Position numbers and translations under genes: made by a program
Notes under the pieces: model-generated
Told to the model about the DNA's origin: nothing
The model's database searches: none
The model's input: the letters and a program-made list of their open reading frames with translations, nothing else
Shown: positions 10,438 through 21,521 of the stretch, one piece after another
Layout of the letters: each line of letters starts with the position of its first letter
How positions within the stretch are numbered: position 1 is the stretch's first letter
Assembly: GCA_964437115.1 (NCBI GenBank)
Contig: CAYTFE010000002.1
Location: forward strand, 65,262-129,261
Length of the DNA stretch: 64,000 bases
Direction: 5' to 3'
From: an uncultured Fibrobacteraceae bacterium
GTDB taxonomy: Bacteria; Krumholzibacteriota; Krumholzibacteriia; LZORAL124-64-63

Positions 10438-13416
10438 TTACTTAACGAGAGCCATTTTGTTTACAGTAACATTACTGCCTGAACGTACTTCATAGAAGTA
10501 AATACCAGAAGCAACATCGCCACCAGCATTGTTAGTACCATTCCAAGTTTTTACACCTGAAGTAGTCGTAACATCTTCGTCAACGAGAGTCTTAACGAGC
10601 TCACCTTGAACGTTGTAAACCTTGATTGAAAGGTCACCCGCAACAGGGATGGTCCATTCAATTTTGGTTGATGGGTTAAATGGATTCGGGAAGTTCTTGG
10701 CTGCAAAGCTAGGACCTGGTACTACGCCAGTTGGAGTGCTTGTACCAATATGACCAAAGAATAACAGAATTTCATTTAAAGCAGCTGCACGAGCGTTTCC
10801 AGGTGCATCTGTATTATACCAGTACATGAAGTCAACTGGGAAGTAGACTACATCTGCATCAGCAAGACCAGCATAGTTATAAACACCTGCAGCATAGCTG
10901 TAAACTCCGCCGTTGCCAGAAGCATCAGCAAATTCAGCAATACGCTCACAAGTACCATTTGGCTCAACAATATCAAAGTCATTAAATACAGCACAACCGC
11001 CATATGCAACAAACTCTGTTGTCAGACCAACAGTGTTACCAGCAACAGGAAGTACCAGAGGTGCAGGTTGTCCACCAATAACTGGAAGCAAGTCACCACC
11101 CAGGTAATCAACTGATAGCCAGTTAGCAACAAATGCAACACCATTTCCACCAGAAGCCATCAAGTCCGCTGCAAGGTCATCACCAGTGAACAAGGCATTC
11201 TTGCTACCAGAATCTAACCATGTGTCAATCAAACTGATATCATCACCGGGATCGTTTGCAAAGTCACCATTACTTAAAGTAAATGATCCGAGGTTACCAG
11301 CTGTATAGACAAGAGTCTCATAACCAGCAAGTACCGCAGGAGTTGCACGTCCACCAAGACCATTACCTACACCAGAAGAAGGACCATTGGTGTAATAGTA
11401 ATCGTAGTCAACACCTTCTTGATAACCAATTCTGTTCAAAGCATATAGCCACTCATTTTCGCCACCACGGTCAGCAAAGTCATTCCATAATAGAATTTCT
11501 GGCTGATCACCAGCAACGGCAGTGTTCAGAGTAGGTAGAGCTCGAACAATATAGCTACTGTTCCACTCGAATGCTTGATAAAGAGGGTCACCTGGGAAAA
11601 TACCAAAACCATCAAGGTCAGATGGCAATGTGGAAGTTCCACCAAGGTCATCACTGGCTTCGATGTAGTAATGAATTACATCACCAGGGAAGAAGAAGTC
11701 ATCGTCATCTGGAAGATCAAAACTGTAACGATCTGGAATCAAAATACCAGTATCCAGGAAGATTGAGTCAGCTTCAACAGAGCCAACAGCTGGATACGCA
11801 GGGTTTCTGAAAGGATCGAACAGAGGATTTCTGTCCATTGAATAATTCAAAACTGGAACAGCACTAAGAACTGATCCTGTACGAACTGCAACAATATCAA
11901 AGACAATTGAGTCACCAGGAAGGTTCATCATATCTGCTTCGAGAGCAATATTTCTGGCCATATCGAATCTAACATCGTTAGCATCGAGAGCGCCAAAGTC
12001 AATGTCACCGATTGCAGGGAAGTTGTCTTGTGCAATATCAATTTCACGAGTGGAGATACCAGGACCACCAAACTCAAAAACTTTAAATGCAATATTATCA
12101 AAGTAAGGACCTGGAGTTCCATCGGTGCCTTCAAAGCCCCAGACGTAACCCAGCTCATTTGTACCAAGTGCAAGCTGAGCCATATCACGGCCAGGAAGCA
12201 TCAAGTCAGTACAGTTCTGTTGGATACGCAGGTAGTCTGGACCACCATAGTATACAAAGTTACGATCTTGCCATGCGGTCCAAGTTGTTCCACCATCATC
12301 TGATGAACGAACATGCCATACATAGAAAAGACCATTATTTAGAATCTGATGACGATATACATCGTAATCAAATTGTGCACCATCATAAGCACCTACAGGG
12401 TAGGTTAACTCTGGTGACCAGATTTCATTTAGATGATGATAGTCAGGTCCAGCACAACCACCAAGAAGGTTGACAACATAGCCACCAGGGCCATATGTGT
12501 AAGTTGAACCCAAGGTACCGCCAGTACAAGGCACTACAATACCGTCATCAATAAATGCAAACTGTGGTGATTGGTTTCCGTTACACTCGTCTAAATCACC
12601 AAGACGTGGCCATACTTTGGAAAAGTCGCCAACAGCAGGTGGAAGAACAACTGCCCAGTTACCTAGACCAGATTCAAAATCATCAAAGATTACTTGAGAG
12701 CCATTAAAGGCAATAGCAACATCATCAAGGTTTGTGTGACCAGCTGTTGGCCATAAACAGTCAACATCAGACCATGCACTATCAGATGCACCAATGAATT
12801 GAACGTGAATCTGATCAGCACCAGGACCCATATAGTTTGCAGGATCAACAGTAACGTTAATAGCAAAAGCTTCAGCAGTGCCAATACCGTTCCATTGGCC
12901 ATAAGGCATCAATCCGCCTGTTTCTTCTACAATAAAGTATGTGTAGTCATAACCAGGCTCATTGTCGTACCAGATTGTTCCAGTAACATCAAGAGTTGTT
13001 GCAACTAAAGGATCAGGAGCAGTTCCTGACCAGTCCAGAAGCTCCCAATAAGAGTTTGCGTAGCCACCGACAGGGTCGCCGACGCCACAAGAAGGAATAT
13101 TTTCATCGCCACAGTATGCAGTATTTACACCTGTGAGATACGTGCTAACATGCCAGGTAGGGACTTTTGCAGTAAGATCTACACCAATCCAACCTTCCTC
13201 ATCAGGAAGTGTACCTGAAACATCATCTTGGAATTTACCATCGTCACGGTCAGGTCCACCAATTAGATAAACGGTGTCTGCACGTGATGCATTCATTGGA
13301 GTTGCAGTAAATACCTGCTCATATCTGCTATCAGCTAGATCATAAGATCCAATAGAAGCAAATGCAGATCCGGTAAGAATAACCAAGGCCAAACTAACGA
13401 GAGTGAGTTTCCTCAT
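10438..13416 (-). CDS. Secreted 992 aa protein of unknown function with a T9SS-type C-terminal sorting domain.
   Basis: Signal peptide (MRKLTLVSLALVILTGSAFA). The C-terminus reads FPNPFNPSTKIEWTIPVAGDLSIKVYNVQGELVKTL...ASGIYFYEVRSG, matching the Por-secretion/FlgD-Ig-like CTD pattern. Confidence 0.55.
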   Translation of the reverse strand: MRKLTLVSLALVILTGSAFASIGSYDLADSRYEQVFTATPMNASRADTVYLIGGPDRDDGKFQDDVSGTLPDEEGWIGVDLTAKVPTWHVSTYLTGVNTAYCGDENIPSCGVGDPVGGYANSYWELLDWSGTAPDPLVATTLDVTGTIWYDNEPGYDYTYFIVEETGGLMPYGQWNGIGTAEAFAINVTVDPANYMGPGADQIHVQFIGASDSAWSDVDCLWPTAGHTNLDDVAIAFNGSQVIFDDFESGLGNWAVVLPPAVGDFSKVWPRLGDLDECNGNQSPQFAFIDDGIVVPCTGGTLGSTYTYGPGGYVVNLLGGCAGPDYHHLNEIWSPELTYPVGAYDGAQFDYDVYRHQILNNGLFYVWHVRSSDDGGTTWTAWQDRNFVYYGGPDYLRIQQNCTDLMLPGRDMAQLALGTNELGYVWGFEGTDGTPGPYFDNIAFKVFEFGGPGISTREIDIAQDNFPAIGDIDFGALDANDVRFDMARNIALEADMMNLPGDSIVFDIVAVRTGSVLSAVPVLNYSMDRNPLFDPFRNPAYPAVGSVEADSIFLDTGILIPDRYSFDLPDDDDFFFPGDVIHYYIEASDDLGGTSTLPSDLDGFGIFPGDPLYQAFEWNSSYIVRALPTLNTAVAGDQPEILLWNDFADRGGENEWLYALNRIGYQEGVDYDYYYTNGPSSGVGNGLGGRATPAVLAGYETLVYTAGNLGSFTLSNGDFANDPGDDISLIDTWLDSGSKNALFTGDDLAADLMASGGNGVAFVANWLSVDYLGGDLLPVIGGQPAPLVLPVAGNTVGLTTEFVAYGGCAVFNDFDIVEPNGTCERIAEFADASGNGGVYSYAAGVYNYAGLADADVVYFPVDFMYWYNTDAPGNARAAALNEILLFFGHIGTSTPTGVVPGPSFAAKNFPNPFNPSTKIEWTIPVAGDLSIKVYNVQGELVKTLVDEDVTTTSGVKTWNGTNNAGGDVASGIYFYEVRSGSNVTVNKMALVK

Positions 13417-13735
13417 ACTTTCCCCCCACTGTTAATTCAATTAACAAATGGTAAAGGTGAAAGGACTTGTTCCGACGCCGCCGCTCAAGCGGTATCGAAA
13501 CCCTACAGATTAGGCAAAAGTGAAATTCCTGTCGATAGCACCACTTCTAAGAACAGAATGTTCTCAGTTGGAAGCTTTCGACGTGGTGACTCGCAAACTA
13601 GCAAGTAAGTGTCAAGTTAGGATCTCACTAGAAAGTGGAACGGCACAACGTCGCAAGTGGAAAAAACTTTTACCTTTGTTTGAGTCGCAACATGCATTGT
13701 ACATAAAATCTAATATTGAGTCAATACCTTAAATG

Positions 13736-13769
13736 CAAAAAAGTCAGGACTTCAACATGAAGTCCTGAC
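13736..13769 (-). terminator. Rho-independent terminator downstream of glyS.
   Basis: A 12 bp perfect stem (GTCAGGACTTCA/TGAAGTCCTGAC, 3 nt loop) is followed on the minus strand by UUUUUU. It lies 25 nt past the glyS stop. Confidence 0.8.
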
Positions 13770-13792
13770 CAAACTTGTAAAATAGAAAAAAC

Positions 13793-15952
13793 CTAATCTG
13801 AAGGTACAACTTCAGAGAAATCAGCATATCTTGCGAAAAGAGAGTGTATCTCACGTAAAAAATCATGACGAATGCTCGTTAATTCCTCATCATCTGTGTT
13901 TACCCTAACAGAATCGAAAAATTCATCAATTGCAGGCCCTAAACCGGACAAAACTGAAAACACTGCATTATAGTCATGTTCAGATTCAGCTGCTGTAAGA
14001 TTTGATATTTCATGACGTACACTATCGCGCAAAGAAACCTCAGCTGTTTCAGGCAAAGAGTCAAAATTAACTCCACTTGGAGACATTCCACCTTTCCCCC
14101 AGCGCTCAGGGGATGACCTGCGATCTTGGCCACGTAGAACGTTATTTCCCAGAATATTTCTACATCGCTTGAATCCAGTAGCTAATTTGACAAAATCATC
14201 TTTGCCTCTGTATGCAGAAAGTGCTTCTACCCACTTCAGCGCATCTACAGGGTCCTGCCCATGAGTTGGCAAAACAGCCCTGACAACATCACCGTCATAG
14301 CCAAGATTTTCGAAATATCCAAGCAGCCTGGTTGAAACAAATTTCGTCATCTCTTGAATTGCGCTGTCACTATTGTCAGATTTTGGATAATTGGCCAGGG
14401 AAGCTACAAGTAGATCCGGGATATTTAAATGCAGATTATGGGCTGCCATTATTCTGAGAGTAGACAATGTGTTCCTACGCAATGCATACGCATCTTTAGC
14501 GCCTGTTGGAGCAAACCCAGCCAGCCAACAACCAGTCAAAGTATCAATACGTTCGGCAATGGACAATATTGACGCCAGTTTGTTTTCTGATACTTCATCT
14601 CCGGCAGAACGAGGCCTGTTATACTCCTGCAAAACTTCACAGACCTGACTGCTCTCTTTGGCAGCAGCTGCATAGCGAGCACCTATAAGTCCTTCAAGTT
14701 TTGTAAATTCTTTGCCGTCTTTGATCATTTCTGTGACAAGATCAAACTTGTATATTTCAGCTGCTCTCACTAAATCTGCAGGCATTCCATCTGTACCAGC
14801 TCCGTTTTTCCAGATCCATTCGGTTAGCTTCTTAACACGCTCAACTTTATCCAGCATTGAGCCATAACCTTCAATCCAGGTAACGCTTGAGAGTCTGGTT
14901 ATGTGTTCGTCCGGATTTTGCCTTTGATCAAACTCCCAATAAAAAAGAGCATCACTTAGTCTTGCCCTGAGAACTTTCTCATTTCCGTGCCTGACATTAT
15001 CCAGAGCTTCAGAACCACCATCTCTTACTGCAACGAAATAAGGAAGCAGACCGGGTGCATCTTTTTTCTCAACAGAAAAATATCGCTGATGGGATTTAAG
15101 AGCTGTAACAATAACTTCATCTGGGAGCTCAAAAAATTCTTCACTGAACGAACCGATAAAAGGTGTCGGATATTCACATATATTTGCAACCTCGATTAAT
15201 AGACCCTGATCATCCATGCACTTTGCATTATCGATATTTGAAAGAGCTTCACTTATACCTTTGGAAATTACTTCCATCCTGAGGTTTTGATTTACAATTA
15301 CAAAGTTATCTTGAAGTTGAGTTAGATAACTATCCGAACTGTCAATCTCTATCTCCTTGCCAAGTGCCAAAGTTCTATGTCCCTTGGATACCCTGCCAGC
15401 TGTATGGCTGCCAAACTCAACAGGCACAACTTCATCACCCAATAAAGCAACCAACCACTGAATTGGCCGGGCATAGACAAAATCACTGTTACCCCACCGC
15501 ATAGTTTTAGGGAAAGGTATAGTTTTCAGAATTTCAGGAATTTTATCAGATAATAGCTCAGCAGCAGACTTACCTGGGACATATTTCTTTGCACCGACAA
15601 ACTGTCCCTTGCCGTCATCAATCTCATACAAATCAGAAACATCTATACCGATCTTCTTGGCAAAACCGATAGCTGCATTTGTCGGTTTGCCATCGTCATC
15701 AAAAGCAACTTTTGCAGGTGGACCTTTTATCTCAATAGTTACATCTTCTTGTGAAACGGCAAGACCATCAATCAGAATTGCGAGCCGCCTGGGCGCAACA
15801 AACACCTGCAACGCCTCATAGGGAAGCCTTAATTCTGTTAGCGCAACTCCCAATGTTTTCTCTACATGCATTTGTTCAACAGGCAGAAAACGAGCTGGCA
15901 ATTCATCAGTACCAATTTCAAACAGAAATCCTGTTCTCTTTATTTCAGACAT
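13793..15952 (-). CDS. glyS: Glycyl-tRNA synthetase beta subunit.
   Basis: 719 aa with full-length similarity to GlyS ([22 protein letters not shown]...). Its start shares the ATGA with the glyQ stop. Confidence 0.9.
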   Translation of the reverse strand: MSEIKRTGFLFEIGTDELPARFLPVEQMHVEKTLGVALTELRLPYEALQVFVAPRRLAILIDGLAVSQEDVTIEIKGPPAKVAFDDDGKPTNAAIGFAKKIGIDVSDLYEIDDGKGQFVGAKKYVPGKSAAELLSDKIPEILKTIPFPKTMRWGNSDFVYARPIQWLVALLGDEVVPVEFGSHTAGRVSKGHRTLALGKEIEIDSSDSYLTQLQDNFVIVNQNLRMEVISKGISEALSNIDNAKCMDDQGLLIEVANICEYPTPFIGSFSEEFFELPDEVIVTALKSHQRYFSVEKKDAPGLLPYFVAVRDGGSEALDNVRHGNEKVLRARLSDALFYWEFDQRQNPDEHITRLSSVTWIEGYGSMLDKVERVKKLTEWIWKNGAGTDGMPADLVRAAEIYKFDLVTEMIKDGKEFTKLEGLIGARYAAAAKESSQVCEVLQEYNRPRSAGDEVSENKLASILSIAERIDTLTGCWLAGFAPTGAKDAYALRRNTLSTLRIMAAHNLHLNIPDLLVASLANYPKSDNSDSAIQEMTKFVSTRLLGYFENLGYDGDVVRAVLPTHGQDPVDALKWVEALSAYRGKDDFVKLATGFKRCRNILGNNVLRGQDRRSSPERWGKGGMSPSGVNFDSLPETAEVSLRDSVRHEISNLTAAESEHDYNAVFSVLSGLGPAIDEFFDSVRVNTDDEELTSIRHDFLREIHSLFARYADFSEVVPSD

Positions 15953-16845
15953 TATTCAGACACCTCACGATTCAACAACGGGAACCCCATCTCCTCACGC
16001 TTAGCCAGATATGCTTCCGCAACTTTCCTCGATAAAGTTCGCACCTTTTTTATATAGCCCGTTCTTTCGGTAACTGAAATTGCACCGCGAGCCTCAAGCA
16101 AATTAAAAATATGACTGCACTTTATTATTGAATCATAACCTGGAAAAACAAGTCCATCCTCAATCAATCCTAGAGCCTCTGCTTCTTTTTCTTCAAAATT
16201 TCTCCGATACATCTCTACATCGGCTTTTTCAAAGTTAAACTTGGAATATTCTTTTTCATACTGTCCCTGGATATCTCCCCAGGTAAGTCCACCACCCCAT
16301 TTAAGGTCGTTGACATGTTCAACTCCCTGAGTATACATAGCAATCCGCAGAAGACCGTAAGTAAGCTCAACGCAAACAGGATCAACCTTTAAACCACCCA
16401 CCTGCTGGAAATATGTAAATTGGGATATTTCCATACCGTCAATCCATACTTCCCAACCAAGGCCCGCAGCACCAAGAGTTGGTGATTCCCAATCATCTTC
16501 AACAAATCTGATATCGTGTTCTGATGGTTCAATTCCAATCGCACGCAATGACTCAAGGTAAAGCTCTTGAGAATCTGCAGGATTTGGCTTCAAAATTACC
16601 TGATATTGAAGAAACTGCTGAACTCTGTTTGGGTTCTCACCATATCGACCATCTTTTGGTCGACGACTTGGCTCAACATATGCAACTTTCCATGGCTCAG
16701 GCCCAAGGCATCTCAAGAACGTGGCCGGGTTGAATGTCCCTGCACCAACTTCAGAATTGTATGGTTGAATAATCACACAACCCTGGTCACTCCAGAACTG
16801 TTGTAATTTTGCAATCATCTCTTGATAATCCATCATATCTTTCAC
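15952..16845 (-). CDS. glyQ: Glycyl-tRNA synthetase alpha subunit.
   Basis: 297 aa, with ...[36 protein letters not shown]... characteristic of GlyQ. Confidence 0.9.
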   Translation of the reverse strand: MKDMMDYQEMIAKLQQFWSDQGCVIIQPYNSEVGAGTFNPATFLRCLGPEPWKVAYVEPSRRPKDGRYGENPNRVQQFLQYQVILKPNPADSQELYLESLRAIGIEPSEHDIRFVEDDWESPTLGAAGLGWEVWIDGMEISQFTYFQQVGGLKVDPVCVELTYGLLRIAMYTQGVEHVNDLKWGGGLTWGDIQGQYEKEYSKFNFEKADVEMYRRNFEEKEAEALGLIEDGLVFPGYDSIIKCSHIFNLLEARGAISVTERTGYIKKVRTLSRKVAEAYLAKREEMGFPLLNREVSE

Positions 16846-16854
16846 CTTTGGAGA

Positions 16855-17646
16855 CTAGATCTCTGTGTTAACCTTGCAAACTTTCAGCATATCAAGTGCT
16901 GCTGGTAATCTATAATCTGGCAAATGGTACTCAAGAAATCTGTGTAACACAATTCCAGTTTCTCTATCAACTTGCCTGGCCACCGGAGGTCCTGTATCAA
17001 TGCCTTGCTCGAGGAGCTTGCGTAAATTGCTGTACACAGGAGGCGTTAAATCCCTGCCAGCTTTGCCTGCGCCCAAACAATTGGCACAAACAATACCGCC
17101 AGACGAATAACTGAAAAAATGAACCGATGCGCTGTCACTTAACATTTCAGCTCGACAATTCGAGCACCGATTCAGCGTCGGCGCAAGTCCCTGCATATTC
17201 AGTAACTCCAACAGGAACCTGTAATATGCTGAAGCATTCAAACCTGAAGACAGTGACGATAACACTTCCATGAAGCGTCGGCAAAGATGAAACAAGTCAA
17301 TATCCTTACCGGTAGGCCTGCATCGATCTATTATTTCTACAATAGCCAGCAAATAGGCAGTCTTTTCCAGAGTCAAACTTGTCTTCGAAGAACCAAGACT
17401 GACACTGCCCCCGCGCAGATATTGTAAATCGCGACCTTCAACAACTGTATATTCTACGTCAACAATCGTACCGGGTTGAACCAGAGGCCGTAAATTAGAT
17501 TTGCTGTTGCGAGCCCCTTTGGCAATAACTTTAACAAAACCAGACTCTTCAGTTAGTAACGACGCAATAACACTAGTTTCTCCAGTTGGCCAGACGCGCA
17601 AAACCATCGCTGCAGATGAAATCACCGGTCTGGAAATTGTTGTCAC
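16855..17646 (-). CDS. recO: DNA repair protein RecO.
   Basis: 263 aa with an N-terminal OB-fold region and a C-x2-C...C-x2-C zinc ribbon (CSNCRAE...CANC). A 4-nt overlap with the mgtE stop suggests translational coupling. Confidence 0.7.
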   Translation of the reverse strand: MTTISRPVISSAAMVLRVWPTGETSVIASLLTEESGFVKVIAKGARNSKSNLRPLVQPGTIVDVEYTVVEGRDLQYLRGGSVSLGSSKTSLTLEKTAYLLAIVEIIDRCRPTGKDIDLFHLCRRFMEVLSSLSSGLNASAYYRFLLELLNMQGLAPTLNRCSNCRAEMLSDSASVHFFSYSSGGIVCANCLGAGKAGRDLTPPVYSNLRKLLEQGIDTGPPVARQVDRETGIVLHRFLEYHLPDYRLPAALDMLKVCKVNTEI

Positions 17647-19112
17647 GTTCCTACCCCTTCAGACAACAACATAGATGCCATCGTAAGATAAATAAGAATT
17701 GCGGCGATATCATTACTTGTTGTTATAAAAGGACCAGTTGCTATGGCGGGATCAATTCCAATTCTGTGAAGAATCAAAGGTATCGATGTGCCAACAAGTG
17801 CTGCAAATATAACAACCGACAACATGGAAATAGTCAGAACTAAAGCCAGCTGAGAATTACCAACAATAAATAGAGCCACAAAATACATACAAAGTGCTAT
17901 CACGCCGCCTGTAATCAGCGCAGTACCAAGTTCTCTCAACAAATATTTGCCGATATGGAACACATCTACTTCACCAGTTGCCAGACCACGTACTACTACT
18001 GAAGACGTTTGAATACCGGTATTTCCACCCATTGCCATAATTGCAGGGATAAAAAATGTCAAAGCCACTGTTGCGGCAAGACCTGCCTCAAAGGATTTCA
18101 TCATAAACACACATCCAACTTGCCCAACCAGAGCTGCCAGAAGCCACGGCAAACGAGAACGTGCAATCCTCAAGGGAGAGGTTTCACCTAACTCATCTAC
18201 ACTGGTACCAGCCAAACGTGAATAATCCTCTGTTGCTTCTTCTTCAATTACATCAAGAACATCATCGGCAGAAATAACCCCGAGTAATACACCATTATGA
18301 TCAACAACAGGCAGAGTGACCAAATCATGGGTTTTTACAAACTGTGCAACCATTTCCTGGTCCAGATCTGCTTCTACACAATGAGGATCTCTTTCCATTG
18401 CTTCCGCAACAGGTGTTGACCAAGGCTTCATCAACATCTCGACCAGCCTGATACGACCAAGTAGCTTTCCTGCTTCATCTATCGTGTAGATATAGTGAAT
18501 CTCATCAAGATCAACCGGGTCAAGTTCCTTCAATGCATTAACCGCTGTTAAGCAATCCGCAGTCTCTGTGACAGCCAGAAACTCTTTGGCCATCAACCCG
18601 CCTGCACTGTCAGGCTCATACTTCAGCAGTTCAGTAACTTCTTGACGCTCTTCCGGCTCCATCGCTGCCAGAATTTCACGAGCTTTTTCATCCTCAAGCT
18701 CACCAAGGAAATCCGTAGCCTCATCGGAAGGCATTTCCTCAACGATATCCGCAATTTCTTCAACATCGAGTAAAGTCACAAAAGCTGAAGCACTGCGTTT
18801 GTCAATTTCAGCCAGGACATCGGAAGCAAGCTCTCGAGGTAATAAACTTATTAATTTAACAGTATCGTCAACACTTAACGGCCTGACTATCTCTGACAAA
18901 TCACCAGGCGAAATATCAGTTACGAGCTCTATAAGCTCAGAGTCAAGTCCATCATTAAGTAAATCCTCAAACTTCTCTGAATATTCATGCCACTGAATAT
19001 CCATTGTAGCTGGATCCAAAAATGTTTCCTCGGAACTGTTATCAACTGATTTAATATTCTCATCAGTCATTGGACTCTCCTGTTTGGTCACTGCTTTCAA
19101 TCGCCTGCTCAA
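17643..19112 (-). CDS. mgtE: Magnesium transporter MgtE (N-terminal MgtE_N, two CBS domains and a TM domain).
   Basis: Acidic N-domain, CBS pair and a C-terminal 5-TM region with the conserved MgtE pattern. The start may be the internal Met at 19070 (MTDENIK...). Confidence 0.85.
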   Translation of the reverse strand: MSRRLKAVTKQESPMTDENIKSVDNSSEETFLDPATMDIQWHEYSEKFEDLLNDGLDSELIELVTDISPGDLSEIVRPLSVDDTVKLISLLPRELASDVLAEIDKRSASAFVTLLDVEEIADIVEEMPSDEATDFLGELEDEKAREILAAMEPEERQEVTELLKYEPDSAGGLMAKEFLAVTETADCLTAVNALKELDPVDLDEIHYIYTIDEAGKLLGRIRLVEMLMKPWSTPVAEAMERDPHCVEADLDQEMVAQFVKTHDLVTLPVVDHNGVLLGVISADDVLDVIEEEATEDYSRLAGTSVDELGETSPLRIARSRLPWLLAALVGQVGCVFMMKSFEAGLAATVALTFFIPAIMAMGGNTGIQTSSVVVRGLATGEVDVFHIGKYLLRELGTALITGGVIALCMYFVALFIVGNSQLALVLTISMLSVVIFAALVGTSIPLILHRIGIDPAIATGPFITTSNDIAAILIYLTMASMLLSEGVGT

Positions 19113-19713
19113 TTATATCCGCATATGAATCTTCAACAACTGATCCGCCAGAAATAATCAACCGAATCCCTTCTTCAACCGTCATATCTAATAACTGCAC
19201 ATCCGCCCGGGGCAAGATCAGCATGAACCCGGAAGTAGGATTAGGTGTAGTCGGAAGGAATACATTTACGTTATTTTTATCTGAATCATCATTTGTAACA
19301 AACCCCAACGCCTTTATACCTGAACGAGGGTAATCGAACATTGCAACTTTCTGGAAAGCTGAATTTGAATTATTCAAAAGCACTTCTGAAATCTGCTTGG
19401 AAATATGAAAAACACCTCTGACAACAGGAATCTTATCCATCAATCTGTCAAAAGTATTAATGAAAGCTACTCCAAGTAAATTTTTTGCAGATTTACCAAT
19501 AAGCACAATCAGAATTGCACTCACTATAACTCCTGCAACAGTATTTACAAATGATGGCACATTGTCCCTCAGGAAAGGAATCTGCTCAAGTAATGGACGA
19601 ATAAAACCATCAATCAGCAGATAAACTTGCCAGGTAATCCAGACAGTAACTGCAACAGGCGTGACTGTTAAAATCCCAGTCAAAAAATGTCGACGGATAT
19701 CAGCCATTATCAT
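19063..19713 (-). CDS. DUF502-family membrane protein.
   Basis: 216 aa with two N-terminal TM helices and a soluble domain of the DUF502/COG2928 type. Overlaps both flanking genes. Confidence 0.55.
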   Translation of the reverse strand: MIMADIRRHFLTGILTVTPVAVTVWITWQVYLLIDGFIRPLLEQIPFLRDNVPSFVNTVAGVIVSAILIVLIGKSAKNLLGVAFINTFDRLMDKIPVVRGVFHISKQISEVLLNNSNSAFQKVAMFDYPRSGIKALGFVTNDDSDKNNVNVFLPTTPNPTSGFMLILPRADVQLLDMTVEEGIRLIISGGSVVEDSYADIIEQAIESSDQTGESND

Positions 19714-20995
19714 CCTCCTGTTGGTGCTGACTAAACCCTGGCAGTGGATTGGAAGCTGTCAATTTAACCTGTAATATTCTCTGGTCCTCAACTTTTTCTA
19801 CTAAAACTTCAAGTTCTGAAATCGTAACCTGGTCCTTTATTTCTGGCACTTTTCCACCAGCTTCATAAACAAGCCCTGCAAGTGTTTCACTACCATCAAC
19901 AGGCAAGTTGACACCAAGTAAATCCCGCAAATCTTCCAAATCGATTTTAGGGTCAACCCTCATTGAATATTCATCTAACCACTCATAGAGCGTTTCCTGC
20001 TCATCGAATTCATCTTCAATTTCTCCAACAATTTCCTCTAAAACATCTTCCAGAGTCACGAGTCCAGCTGTTCCGCCGTACTCATCGACGACAACAGCCA
20101 TGTGTATGCGACTGCTCCTGAATTCTTCCAACACTTCATCAAGTTTTTTACTCTCAGGGATAAAGCTTGCTGGCCGGACCAATCCGGAAATCGTTGTGTC
20201 ATCTAGAGACAACTTGTTATTCTCAACAAGAGCCAAAAGGTCTTTTGAATAGAGCAATCCAACTACCTTGTCAATACTTCCTTTAAATACTGGAACCCTT
20301 GAGTGCCTGCAAGAAACTACAACATTAATCGCCTCTGCTGCTGGAAGTTCAGAGTTCAGGGCAATTACATCGATTCTGGGAATCATTATCTCTTTAACTG
20401 TCGTTTCATGAAAAGAAAAAATACTCTGAATCATTTCCTTTTCTTCATCCTCTAGATCTACACCACTGCCCTGCTCGCCTAACAAGCTTCGGATTTCACC
20501 AGAAGACAAATGCGCCATTGCATCCACTGCCCACAGGTCTTCTTCGTCGGGCCCCGTAATTTTCAGCAACAAGGTTGTCCATGGTTTCAAGATTATCATG
20601 AACGGGAAGAGTATTCTTACTGAAACATTTGCATATGCGACGGCAGATCTTGAAGCAAGCATCTTGACTAAAACATTACCAACACTTCCAATAACAGATA
20701 CAATAAGCACTACGAAAACAAGGAGTTCCCATATAAGCAATTCCGTCCTGAGCTTCATTCCCAGCATGACAAGAGCAACGGACATCAAACTCATAGCCAT
20801 GAGATGAATTGTACCTGTAGCTAATATGAAATGCCTTGGATTTTCAGTTGTAGATAATAAAGAACTGTTTAATTGCCCTTCTTCCAGTAACCCATTTCGA
20901 TGCAAACCACCAACGCGATATAATGCAGCTTGGAGGCCAGCTGTCATCATCGCAACACCAAAAGCAATAATGGCTACAATTATGCCATAACTCAT
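19700..20995 (-). CDS. corC: HlyC/CorC-family (CNNM) transporter: DUF21, CBS pair and CorC_HlyC domains.
   Basis: 431 aa with four TM helices at the N-terminus, two CBS domains and the C-terminal transporter-associated domain. Confidence 0.8.
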   Translation of the reverse strand: MSYGIIVAIIAFGVAMMTAGLQAALYRVGGLHRNGLLEEGQLNSSLLSTTENPRHFILATGTIHLMAMSLMSVALVMLGMKLRTELLIWELLVFVVLIVSVIGSVGNVLVKMLASRSAVAYANVSVRILFPFMIILKPWTTLLLKITGPDEEDLWAVDAMAHLSSGEIRSLLGEQGSGVDLEDEEKEMIQSIFSFHETTVKEIMIPRIDVIALNSELPAAEAINVVVSCRHSRVPVFKGSIDKVVGLLYSKDLLALVENNKLSLDDTTISGLVRPASFIPESKKLDEVLEEFRSSRIHMAVVVDEYGGTAGLVTLEDVLEEIVGEIEDEFDEQETLYEWLDEYSMRVDPKIDLEDLRDLLGVNLPVDGSETLAGLVYEAGGKVPEIKDQVTISELEVLVEKVEDQRILQVKLTASNPLPGFSQHQQEDDNG

Positions 20996-21014
20996 TTCCC
21001 GTCATCTCCTAAAG

Positions 21015-21521
21015 TCAAGCAAGTGGGTGATTTCTGTCAGCTAGAGCTAACAGCTCTGATTCCAGATGCCGCATTTTCTCTTTTTGGGAATCTTCTTTAT
21101 GATCCCATCCCATTAAATGTAAAGCACCATGAATGACAAGCATTGCCAATTCATCTGTGATGTTCCATTGATTTTCCTTGCACCTGTGAGATACAAACTC
21201 AGGCGCAATAATTATTTCACCAACCTGAGTCTCAATCTGGTCCAGAAATAAATTGTCTGCTGCATAATTTTCGCCCTTTTGGATTGTGGCAATATCCACA
21301 TCACACAAAACCAGATGGGAAAAAGAGAGAACATCTGTCACACAGTCTTTGCTTCTAAATTGCCAGTTAATAGCCTGGATTTCTTCATCATCCACAATAA
21401 CCAGACCTGCAGACCAACCATCCAATCCTATCGGCGCAACAAGTTCCTGGATCTCATCAATAAAACTGTGACTGAACCAGGATGATGCAGTTTCGATACG
21501 ATTGTTGATTACCAGTTGCAT
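21015..21521 (-). CDS. ybeY: rRNA maturation endoribonuclease YbeY.
   Basis: 168 aa with the HGALHLMGWDH zinc-binding motif. Confidence 0.85.
   Translation of the reverse strand: MQLVINNRIETASSWFSHSFIDEIQELVAPIGLDGWSAGLVIVDDEEIQAINWQFRSKDCVTDVLSFSHLVLCDVDIATIQKGENYAADNLFLDQIETQVGEIIIAPEFVSHRCKENQWNITDELAMLVIHGALHLMGWDHKEDSQKEKMRHLESELLALADRNHPLA

Noticed and set aside
13520-13732. 70 aa plus-strand ORF in the 376 bp gap between the 992 aa gene and glyS.
   Set aside because: No RBS or plausible context. The region is better explained as the promoter of the 992 aa gene and the terminator of glyS. Three TCGCAA(C) motifs were noted there, but they are too short to interpret.
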